From: Euryarchaeota archaeon RBG_19FT_COMBO_69_17
GTDB taxonomy: Archaea > Thermoplasmatota > Thermoplasmata > RBG-16-68-12
DNA: 35,784 bases
NCBI GenBank assembly: GCA_001800825.1
Contig: MGWD01000065.1
Span: forward strand, 26,029 to 61,812
Direction of reading: 5' to 3'
The notes below the pieces were generated by a model, which saw only the letters and a program-made list of their open reading frames with translations, had not been told where the DNA came from and searched no databases. This document shows, piece by piece, positions 1-8,900 of this stretch. Numbering within the stretch: the first letter of the stretch is position 1; every line of letters begins with the position of its first letter. The position numbers were made by a program, and so were the translations under genes.

Positions 1-3000
1 GCCGACGTGATGCGGTACCTCCCGCGGGACGCCTTCCTCGTGCGGGCGCCGCCGCCGGTCCTCGACGGGCTCTCCTCCCTGCGGCACGTCGACGCGGTCG
101 GGGCCTACGAGCCCGGCTGGAAGATCCGGCCGGCTCTCGCGGACCGGGCGGGAATCGTCGATGTCCGGATCGTCGTCCTCCCGGGGCAATCCCCGGGGAG
201 GATTGTCGCGTGGCTCGGCGACCATGGGGTCGCTCCGGGCCCGCGCCGCGGGACGGACCCGGGGATCGTGGGGACCTTCGGCCCCGATGACTTCCGATGG
301 GTCCGGGCTCGCGTCCCGGCGGCCCTCGGAGAGGGCCTCGCCGCATTGCCGAGCGTCGAGTTCATCGACGCCGTGGGCACGCCGCGGCTCGCGAACGCGC
401 AGACCGCGTGGGTCCTCCAGTCGAACGTGGACTCGGACTACCGCTACTGGACCCAGGGCCTCGACGGCCGCGGGCAGTTCGTCGGAATCTCGGACACGGG
501 GGCGGACTACGACCACGTCCAGCTCCGGGAGTCATCGGGTACGATCGCGACGGGGGACCTGTACAACACGACGGACGCCTCGCGCCGGAAGGTCGTGCGG
601 TACGTGAACATGGGTGTCTTCACGGGCCTCGTCGACTGGTCGGGCATCTCGGCCCCGTGGGACCCTGCCTCCATGATGGACAGCGACCACGCGCCGACGG
701 GATCCGACTGCACGTTCGGGCACGGGACCGCGGTCGCCTCGACCTTCGTGGGGAACGACGACGGGCTCCCGGGCGGGACCGCGAACGACGGCGTCGCCAA
801 GGGGGCGAAGCTCGTCGTCGAGGACATCGGCACGGTCGGGCCGGGCGGCCTGTGCAGCGGGAACGGGGACGTCCTCGACTACATCCCGGAGGACCTCGCG
901 GACCTGTTCGGGCCCGCGGGACTCGTATACGAAGACCCCGCGGCCCCCGTGCGGATCCACAGCAACTCCTGGGGAACCGACGTCAACGAGTATGACGTCC
1001 AGGCACGGATGCTCGACGCGTTCGTGTGGTCCCATCCCGACCTCGCCGTGTTCTTCGCGGCGGGGAACGCAGGGCCGACCGCGGGGACCGTGGGGAGCCC
1101 GGGGACGGCGAAGAACGTCGTCACCGTAGGGGGGGCGGGGAACCCCGATACGAGTGCGGGTGGAGACCAGAACAGCGTCGCGGCCCTCTCGAGCCGCGGG
1201 CCCACGCCGGACGGCCGGATCAAGCCGACCCTCCTCGCGATTTTCGACGGCGATTCCGGGATGTCGGACGGGGACGCGGGGAGCGGGGCGGGCCTCGGGG
1301 ACGACCACTGGCAGGGGACGAGCTACGCGACCCCCGCCGCCGCGGGCGCCGCGGCGATCGTGCGACAGTATCTCGCGGACGGCTGGTACCCCTCCGGGGC
1401 CGCCGTCCCGGGGAACGCGCGGAACCCGACCGCGGCCCTCCTCCGAGGAATCCTCATCGCCTCGGGCGTGCAGGTCACGGGGTCCGGGTCCACGGAGACC
1501 GGAAACGACCGGTGGCCGAACAACGCCCAGGGGTTCGGGCGGATCCTCCTGTCGAACGTCCTTCCCCTCGCGGGCGTGGACGCGTTCCGGACCCATCTCG
1601 TGGACGAGGCCTCGGGGCTCCTCACAGGGGAGCAGTCCACGTACGCGTTCCGCGTGACGAGCTCCGCCCGGACGCTCAAGATCGTCCTCGCCTGGTCCGA
1701 CTACCCCGCGGCCATCGGGGCCGCGAAGGCCCTCGTGAACGACCTCGACCTCGAGGTCCGCGCACCGGACGGCACCCTGTACCGGGGGAACGTGTTCGGG
1801 ACGTTCGCGAACGGGCAGTCCGTACCGGGCGGCACGTTCGACGCAACGAACGTCGAGGAGGCCGTGATCCTGAAGGCGCCCATGGCGGGGGAGTGGTCCG
1901 TCCGCGTGATCGGGTCGGACGTCCCCGCGGGGCCCCAGCCCTTCGCCCTCGTCGTCACGGGGAACCTCGACGCCGCGTACGGCCGCGTGGCCCTCGACCG
2001 GGGGGTGTACTCGGAGTCCGACGTCGTCCGGATCGAGGTCGAGGACGCGGACGCGGGGAGCGTCCAGGTCCGTGTCGCCTCCGGGTTCGAGGCTGCAGGC
2101 GAGACACTGACCCTGACGGGGAGCGCCTCCGCGGGGACCTGGCGCGGGTCCATCCCAACGTCCTTCGGGCCCGCCCTCGTGGACGGCGTCCTCCAGGTCC
2201 GGGACGGGGACGTGATCACGGTCACCTACGACGACGCGAGCCCGGTCCACGCCGCGACCGCGCGGGCCCGGGTCGACGCCGCCGGGCCGGCGATCTCGGA
2301 GGTCGCGGCGGACCGGCCCGGCACGCGGTCCGCGACGATCCGCTGGCGCACGAGCGAGCCCGCGACGTCAGGGGCCCGGTACGGAACCTCGCCCGCGGCC
2401 CTCGACGGGTCCGGGGACCTCGCGGAGCTGCGTCTGCAGCACGAGCTGCGCATCACGGGCCTCCAGCCCGACACCCTGTACTACTTCGACGTCGTCTCGA
2501 GGGACCGCCACGGGCACGAGACCCGCGACGCGGCGGGCGGGAACCACTACCGGCTCCGGACATCGGCTGCGGGGGACGTCCTCGTCGTGTTCGGGGACGA
2601 GACGTTCCCCGAGGAGCGGGAGGCGTCCTACGAGGCCGCCCTCGACGCCCGCGGCTGGACGTGGTCCGCCTGGCACACCGCGGCGGACGGACCGCCTCCC
2701 CTGTCCCTCCTCCAGGGGCACCGGGCCGTGGTCTGGCAGCCCGGGCTCGAGCAGTACCCGCCTTTCAACGAGACGGAGCGGGCCCTCGTGAAGACGTACC
2801 TCGACGCAGGCGGGCGCCTCCTCGTGTCGTCCCACGACACGGCGTGGGCCCTCGGGGACCTAACCTCCGGGTTCTCGACCCTGGAGACGAGAGCGTGGCT
2901 CAACGGGGTGATGAAGGCGGACCTCCTGTGCGACCCCAGGACCGTTGGGAGCCTCGTGGGCGTCGCGGGCGACCCGATCGGGGGGCCGTTCGCCGCCGGA

Positions 3001-4800
3001 GTCCCCTACGCGCCCCACCGAGAAGGGGGGGCCGTGGACCAGCTCACGGCGCTCGCAACGGGCGGCACGGCGATCTGGCGGGACGCCCAGACCACCGAGT
3101 GCACGCCGACCAACCGCCCCGTCGGGCTCCGGTGGGTCTCTTCGAATTCCAACGGCACCTTGGGGACGGGCGCATGGGGCGGCACCCCGTCCCGCCTCGT
3201 GTACCTCGCCTTCGAGCTCACGGGCCTCGATGCGAGCGCGACAGACATCCGGGTAGGGAGCGCGACCCGCGCGGACGCCCTCGACGCGGCCCTGCGGTGG
3301 CTCGTGTCGACGAATTCTTCCTCCCTGGACCGCGACCACCCCGATGTCCAGGTGACGGCCCCGAACGGGGGGACGTTCGCGGGCTCGCGGGTCTCGATCA
3401 ACTGGACGGTGGCCTCCACGGGAGCCGCCCTCGCGTCCTTCGACGTCCTCGTGAGCGGGGACGGAGGGCAGACTTGGACCCTCCTCGCGTCGCCGGCGGC
3501 CGGGGCGCGCTCGCACCTGTGGGACCTCGCGGGCTGGCCCAACGGAGCCGAGTACCTCGCCCGCGTCGTCGGCCGCGATGCGGGAACCCCGTCCCTCGCG
3601 GGGCAAGACGATTCCGACGCGCCCTTCGCCCTGGCCCGCCCGGGAGGCGACCTCGTCGGGCCGCGAATCTGGGCGGGGAGCGTCCGCGTGGACCCGAACC
3701 CGCCCGGGGCCGCGTCCCCCGTGCGGATCAACGCGACGGGGGACGATGCGGGGACGGGCTCAGGGACGATCGCAGAGGCGGAGCTGTTCTTCGCCGCGGC
3801 GGAGCCGCTCCCGGCCGACGCAGGCACGGGGATCCCCCTGGACGCTGCGGACGGAGCGTTCGACGGCACCCAAGAGGCCTTGACCTGGTCGGGCAGCCTG
3901 GCGGCCGCGCCCGGCGCGTCCTGCGTCTGGACCCATGCCCGGGACGATGGCGGCACGTGGGGTCCCTACGAGTCCCTCTGCTTCGTCGTGATCTCCGCGG
4001 GGCCCGACGTGACGCCTCCAGCGCCCGCGCGGTCCGTGGCGGGCGGCCTGGTGAACGGGGCCGCGGACGTCGAGGTCACCTGGGAGAAGGCATGGGACGA
4101 CTCCCTGTTCGGCGGGACCACGGGGTACCGGGTCCTCCGAGCGAGGACGCCCCGCGGGTCGGCCGTCGACGTGAGTGGGACGATCCTCGCGACCCGTGCC
4201 GCCTCCTACGCGTTCCTCGATCCGGGGACGGGCGCTGCGGACCCCTTCGACTATTTCTACTTCGTCGAGACGATCGACGGCACGGGGAACGGGGCCCGGA
4301 GCGGCGGCCTCCTCGCGAAAGCGCGGATCCCCGTCGCCGTGGGGAGGAACCTCCTCGGGATCCCCGTCGCGGCCGCGGACGGCAGCCTCGCGGCCCTCGC
4401 CGCCGGGCTCCCATGGGCGGACGCATGGGCGTTCGACGGCTGCGCCCGCGCGTGGACGTCCGCGCTCCCGGCCGAGGCCGCGTCCCTCGTCCTGGGGGCG
4501 GGCCAGGGGCTCTGGCTCAACGCGACAGCCGCGGGGGACCTCCTCGTCGTCGGCGCCGTCCCGGGGATCGCGAGCCTCGACCTGTGCGCGGGATGGAACC
4601 TCGTGGCCCTGCCCGGCTTCGCGGCCGGCGTGACGGTCGGCCAGCTGAAGTCGGCCACGGGCGCGACGGCCGTGGAAGGCTTCGACCCCCTCGGCCCGTT
4701 CCACCTGCGGGCCCTCGCGGACGAGGAACTCCTCGCCGCGGGCGAGGGCGTCTGGGTCAAGGTCCCCGTGCGAACGAGGTGGTCCGTCGCGGGCTGGTGA
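1..4800 (+). CDS. Large multidomain secreted S8 (subtilisin/KP-43-like) serine protease, 5'-truncated by the window edge
   Basis: Frame is open to position 1. Triad motifs ISDTGAD (Asp), GHGTAVAS (His) and QGTSYATP (Ser), oxyanion motif FAAGNAG. KP-43-like jelly-roll domain (LAWSD...LVNDLDL...NVE) follows, then Ig/FN3-like domains and a C-terminal GRNL/GWNL tandem repeat. Confidence 0.9.
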   Translation, partial: ADVMRYLPRDAFLVRAPPPVLDGLSSLRHVDAVGAYEPGWKIRPALADRAGIVDVRIVVLPGQSPGRIVAWLGDHGVAPGPRRGTDPGIVGTFGPDDFRWVRARVPAALGEGLAALPSVEFIDAVGTPRLANAQTAWVLQSNVDSDYRYWTQGLDGRGQFVGISDTGADYDHVQLRESSGTIATGDLYNTTDASRRKVVRYVNMGVFTGLVDWSGISAPWDPASMMDSDHAPTGSDCTFGHGTAVASTFVGNDDGLPGGTANDGVAKGAKLVVEDIGTVGPGGLCSGNGDVLDYIPEDLADLFGPAGLVYEDPAAPVRIHSNSWGTDVNEYDVQARMLDAFVWSHPDLAVFFAAGNAGPTAGTVGSPGTAKNVVTVGGAGNPDTSAGGDQNSVAALSSRGPTPDGRIKPTLLAIFDGDSGMSDGDAGSGAGLGDDHWQGTSYATPAAAGAAAIVRQYLADGWYPSGAAVPGNARNPTAALLRGILIASGVQVTGSGSTETGNDRWPNNAQGFGRILLSNVLPLAGVDAFRTHLVDEASGLLTGEQSTYAFRVTSSARTLKIVLAWSDYPAAIGAAKALVNDLDLEVRAPDGTLYRGNVFGTFANGQSVPGGTFDATNVEEAVILKAPMAGEWSVRVIGSDVPAGPQPFALVVTGNLDAAYGRVALDRGVYSESDVVRIEVEDADAGSVQVRVASGFEAAGETLTLTGSASAGTWRGSIPTSFGPALVDGVLQVRDGDVITVTYDDASPVHAATARARVDAAGPAISEVAADRPGTRSATIRWRTSEPATSGARYGTSPAALDGSGDLAELRLQHELRITGLQPDTLYYFDVVSRDRHGHETRDAAGGNHYRLRTSAAGDVLVVFGDETFPEEREASYEAALDARGWTWSAWHTAADGPPPLSLLQGHRAVVWQPGLEQYPPFNETERALVKTYLDAGGRLLVSSHDTAWALGDLTSGFSTLETRAWLNGVMKADLLCDPRTVGSLVGVAGDPIGGPFAAGVPYAPHREGGAVDQLTALATGGTAIWRDAQTTECTPTNRPVGLRWVSSNSNGTLGTGAWGGTPSRLVYLAFELTGLDASATDIRVGSATRADALDAALRWLVSTNSSSLDRDHPDVQVTAPNGGTFAGSRVSINWTVASTGAALASFDVLVSGDGGQTWTLLASPAAGARSHLWDLAGWPNGAEYLARVVGRDAGTPSLAGQDDSDAPFALARPGGDLVGPRIWAGSVRVDPNPPGAASPVRINATGDDAGTGSGTIAEAELFFAAAEPLPADAGTGIPLDAADGAFDGTQEALTWSGSLAAAPGASCVWTHARDDGGTWGPYESLCFVVISAGPDVTPPAPARSVAGGLVNGAADVEVTWEKAWDDSLFGGTTGYRVLRARTPRGSAVDVSGTILATRAASYAFLDPGTGAADPFDYFYFVETIDGTGNGARSGGLLAKARIPVAVGRNLLGIPVAAADGSLAALAAGLPWADAWAFDGCARAWTSALPAEAASLVLGAGQGLWLNATAAGDLLVVGAVPGIASLDLCAGWNLVALPGFAAGVTVGQLKSATGATAVEGFDPLGPFHLRALADEELLAAGEGVWVKVPVRTRWSVAGW

Positions 4801-4802
4801 GC

Positions 4803-5207
4803 TCAGACCTCGGCGACGTCGAAGAGCTCCGCCTCCGGGACGCTGAAGTAGAACAGAGACTGCTCGATCTCCCTCTCCTTCGACATCTCCCGGTCCATCC
4901 GCTCCCGCCAGCCGGGCCTCAAGGAGACGCGGAGGCGGCGGCCCTCCTTCTCGAAGGTCACGGCGGGCTCGGGGGACGGCTCCACGAAGATGTTCCCCTT
5001 CCCCATCGTGCAGCCGCTCGAGAACTGGACGCCGTCGACGACGCAGAGCATGGGCGGCTCGGGCTTCGAGCGGACGACGGCGCGGAGGCCCTTGTGGTGC
5101 CCGAACGTCCGTCTCCCGACCGCCCCCATCCTCAGGCCCACGGTCACGTAGACGCCGAGGTGGCCGTGGAAGCGCTGGAGGGCCGCGAGGTCCTCAGGGA
5201 GATCCAT
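4803..5207 (-). CDS. FmdE-family (formylmethanofuran dehydrogenase subunit E-like) protein
   Basis: Motifs FHGHLG...GLRMG and CVVDGVQFSSGCTMGKGN. ATG 5207 chosen because a TATA-like CTTATTG lies 25-31 nt upstream. Confidence 0.85.
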   Translation of the reverse strand: MDLPEDLAALQRFHGHLGVYVTVGLRMGAVGRRTFGHHKGLRAVVRSKPEPPMLCVVDGVQFSSGCTMGKGNIFVEPSPEPAVTFEKEGRRLRVSLRPGWRERMDREMSKEREIEQSLFYFSVPEAELFDVAEV

Positions 5208-5604
5208 CGCCCCAGCGAAGGCGGAACGAGTCAATAAGCTTCCGCCGGTCGACCTCCACGAGGCCCCGGAGGCGCTCGTCCGCCTCGGAGACCTTCTTGA
5301 TCTTCGCGTCGAACGCCTGGATCCCGACGACGGCCCGCATGATGAGGTACGAACCCAGGCCGACGAGGGTCGCGCAGAACGCGAGAAGGGGGGCCATGAG
5401 GTACAGGACGGAGAGGATGTCCCAGAACTGGGACGTGGCCACGAGGAACGAGACGACGGACAGCGGCAGGACGAGCACTGCGATCCCTGTCTGAAAGGTC
5501 GAGAGGGACGTGCGCTTGGCCGCGAGGAGGAGCTGGACCTCCTGGAGGCGGAGGGCCTCGTAGGAGTTGTGGAGCACGGGGTCGCTAGATGAATCCGGGG
5601 TCAT
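5194..5604 (-). CDS. Small two-TM membrane protein (DUF202/YidH-like)
   Basis: LLLAAKRTSLS...TGIAV motif followed by two hydrophobic helices; TATA-like CTCAAATAG about 30 nt upstream. Confidence 0.6.
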   Translation of the reverse strand: MTPDSSSDPVLHNSYEALRLQEVQLLLAAKRTSLSTFQTGIAVLVLPLSVVSFLVATSQFWDILSVLYLMAPLLAFCATLVGLGSYLIMRAVVGIQAFDAKIKKVSEADERLRGLVEVDRRKLIDSFRLRWGDGSP

Positions 5605-5745
5605 CCCATCCCCGCGGGCACATGGGGCGCCGCGCTATTTGAGGGTAGCGAGACGGGCCGGGCGGAGTACTTTCGCCGGATTCGCCCACCCCTCCATCGC
5701 CCCTTTTTCCGGCACGCGCACCATGGGCACCATGGGTGAGGAGCC

Positions 5746-5892
5746 CTGCGTCCCGTCGAGACGTCCCTCGCGTCGCCGACCGAGGTCCCCACGGGCCGCG
5801 GGCCCGACGGATGCCCGGAGTGCGGAGCGAGGCTCGTCCACGCGGACGCGTGCGTGCGCTGCGGCGCGTGCGGGTATTCCCCGTGCGGCTGA
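5746..5892 (+). CDS. Putative 48-aa zinc-ribbon microprotein (not in the ORF track; probable CTG start)
   Basis: Frame 1 reads ...GCPECGARLVHADACVRCGACGYSPCG* (TGA 5890-5892). An in-frame stop sits at 5737-5739, followed by CTG 5746 with the SD-like GGTGA 6 nt upstream. Confidence 0.55.
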   Translation: MRPVETSLASPTEVPTGRGPDGCPECGARLVHADACVRCGACGYSPCG

Positions 5893-5911
5893 GGCCCTGG
5901 GTTCGACGGCC

Positions 5912-5925
5912 GTTCCAGTGGAAAC
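5912..5925 (+). promoter_or_regulatory. ORB-like element (Orc1/Cdc6 origin recognition box core)
   Basis: GTTCCAGTGGAAAC matches the archaeal ORB core consensus; a partial second copy TCAGTGGAAGGGGG lies at 5958-5971; both are just upstream of mcm. Confidence 0.55.
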
Positions 5926-5983
5926 GCTGTGAGCTAAACTCCCGCGTGGGCGCGGGGTCAGTGGAAGGGGGACTCAAAGGCAT

Positions 5984-8900
5984 ATGACCACCCCGGATCT
6001 TGCGCGGGACGAGCCGAGACGGGGGAGAGGCGTGCTCATCGAGTATCCGCAGGAAGAGCTCATCGCGAAGTGGGAGGACTTCTTCGAGGAGATGGGCTAC
6101 CAGTCGCGGATCATCTCCGTGGCGGACCGGTACCCGGAGGAGCGGACCCTCGAGGTCCCCTTCGACGATCTGAACCGGTTCGACACGGACATGGCCATCT
6201 TCCTCATGCGCCACCCCCTGAACGCCCTGACCGCGGGGGAGGAGGCGGTCCGGAGGCTCGTGCCGCCGGGGGAGGAGGCCCTCCAAATCCACCTGCGGAT
6301 CAAGGGCCTGCCGCGGGACCGGAGGATCCAGATCCGGGACCTGCGGGCGAAGCACCTGGGGCAGTACATCGCGGTCGAGGGGCTCGTACGGAAGTCGACC
6401 GAGGTCAGACCACGGGTCGTGGGTGCCTTGTTCCAGTGCCTGCGCTGCGGGACGATCCTGAAAGAGGAGCAGGACGGGCAGAACTTCCGCGAGCCTCTGG
6501 AGTGCTACGAAGAGCAGGGCGGATGCAAGCGCTCCGCGAGCGCGACGAAGTTCAAGCTCCTCACCGAGACTTCCTTGTACCTCGACACCCAGAAGCTGGA
6601 GATTCAAGAGGCGCCCGAGGGACTCCGAGGAGGCGAAGAGCCCCAGCGCCTGACTGCATACGTGGAGGACGACCTGACCGGTCGCATCACGCCAGGACAA
6701 CGCGTGGTCTTGAACGGCGTCCTGCGCAGCGTGCAAAAAGGCCGACCGGGGGCGAAGTCGACGCTCTTCGACATCTTCACGGACGTGAATTCGGTCGAAA
6801 TGGAGCAGGTCGAATTCGAGGAGATCGAAGTCACCGAGGAGGACGTCCGTCTCATCCGAGTAGCGGGCATGAACCCGGACATCGTGCGGATGATGGTGAA
6901 TTCGATCGCACCATCAATCTACGGATTGCATATGGAGAAAGAGGCCCTCGCCCTTCAGCTCTTCAGCGGCGTGGCCAAGGTCATGCCCGACGGCCGTAGA
7001 ATTCGCGGCGACATTCATATCCTCTTGGTCGGCGACCCGGGTACCGCGAAATCAGAGCTCCTTTCCTACATGAGTCGGCTTTCGCCGCGCGGCATCTACG
7101 CGACGGGCAAGGCGGCAACGGCCGCGGGATTGACGGCCAGTGCCGTTCGGGATGAGTTTGGTGAGGGGCGCTGGACCTTGGAGGCGGGCGCTCTTGTACT
7201 CGCGGACAAAGGCCTCGCCTGTCTTCACCCCGATGCTCGGGTGTTCGTGAATGGCGCTCCGCGTAGAATCGGTGAGATCTTCGATGAGGCGCGCGTGGTC
7301 ACGGCCACATCCCGCGGACGCGCGTTGGAGCTCTCCCCGCTCGGTGTCCGCACGACAAGCCTTGACTTGGAGCTCATGAGTGCCTCGAGGCCTGTCGTCC
7401 CGTTCGTGGCTCGGCGTCGGTATACCGGCCCGATACTCCGGGTGCTCCTTGATTCCGGCTTCGAGTTGCGGCTCACGCCTGACCACTTGGTCCTCGAGGG
7501 AAGCCGCCTCGAATGGATGCGACTCCAGGACATTCCCCCCACGGGCCGACTCGTGGCGGTTCAGAAGCTGCCGAGCGAGAGTGCTCCCGTGTCCCTGCTC
7601 GACATCCTCCCGGATGACTGGATCGTTCAGCTTGCCGCCGACCAGCGGAGAGAGCTCAGGTCCCTATTCAGCCAACGATACTCCAGCCTGGCCGAAGTCA
7701 ATCGCGCGTATGGACTCCGGCGTGAGGCGTTGGCTCGCCGGGATGCAATCCGCGTAGGCCAACTCAGGAGAATCCTCAGGGACTTGGGCCTGTACGAAAC
7801 GTGGAAGGACCGACCCCTCGCATTCGGTCGAACGTCGTCGACCGAACGACTCCGCGTGGCGAGAATCACGCCTGAACTAGGCTATCTCCTGGGCTTCATC
7901 CTTGGAGACGGTCATGTCGCCGTCAGCAAGCGCCGATCATCCATCGGCATCTTCCAGTCGAGAGTCAACCTGAGGCAAATCCAGCAGATACTCCGTCTCA
8001 CCAAGGCGGTCACCTCCCGTCCCTGGGGGATGCATGCTCGCGAAATGAGGAGCGAAATCCGGGGACAAAGGGTTCGGACGTCGTCATACCACATGCATCG
8101 CAGCTCCAACCTACTGGCTTTCGTGTACTCTTGGTTGACGCGGGACGATTGCGCGAACCTCCTCAGGCTCGACGATGAGGCGCTCCGCGGATTCTTGGCG
8201 GGCGTCGTCGACGCCGATGGCTGCATCTCGATCCGACGATCGGCAAAAGCGGGCCGAACCTACGAAAATGCGGACGTCGAGCTGCTGATCTCTGGGAGTC
8301 GGGATCTGAACCTGACCCTCATGCATGCCCTTCGGCGATTCGACATCTTCGCCCGGCTTCGAGAAGGCGCGGCGGTCCACCGGATCCAGATCACCGCGCG
8401 AGGGGATGTGTCACGGCTCTTGGAGTGTATCTCTCCTTACTCCGTGAAATGGAAACGGATACCCCATCGCAGAACGCGAATCACCGGCCAGCACGACGAG
8501 GCACCAGCCGTGGTTGTGCAGAGACTCCTGCGAGAGATACAGCCCCAGCCGTACCGCCTCTTGGATAAGGGACTCTGGAGCACCTATCACGACTACAGGC
8601 GGGGGCTACGGAGGCCGCGAAAGGAGCCGTTGGCGAAGCTGACGCACGCGCTCCGTCGCTGGTGTTCGAAGGAACAGTACGAGCGACTGATCGCACTGAG
8701 TCGCAACGATTATGCTCTCGACAGAATCCGACAGGTCCACGTGGAGGAATATGACGGCTACGTGTACGACCTGCGGGTTCCTACGGGAGAGAGCTTTCTC
8801 TGCGACGGCGTCGTTGTCCACAACTGTATTGATGAGCTGGACAAGATGAATCCGCAAGACCGATCCGCAATCCACGAGGCACTCGAACAGCAGCGGATCA

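Noticed and set aside
4803-5207. FmdE gene as evidence of methanogenesis
   Set aside because: Stand-alone FmdE-family proteins are widespread in non-methanogens, and no other fmd/fwd genes are present in the window.
1026-5237. 1403-aa alternative-frame ORF, and similar long shadow ORFs (e.g. 23450..26434, 29629..31641, 32892..35165)
   Set aside because: Either Arg/Pro/Gly-rich low-complexity translations or antisense mirrors of well-supported genes; expected from stop-codon scarcity at high GC.
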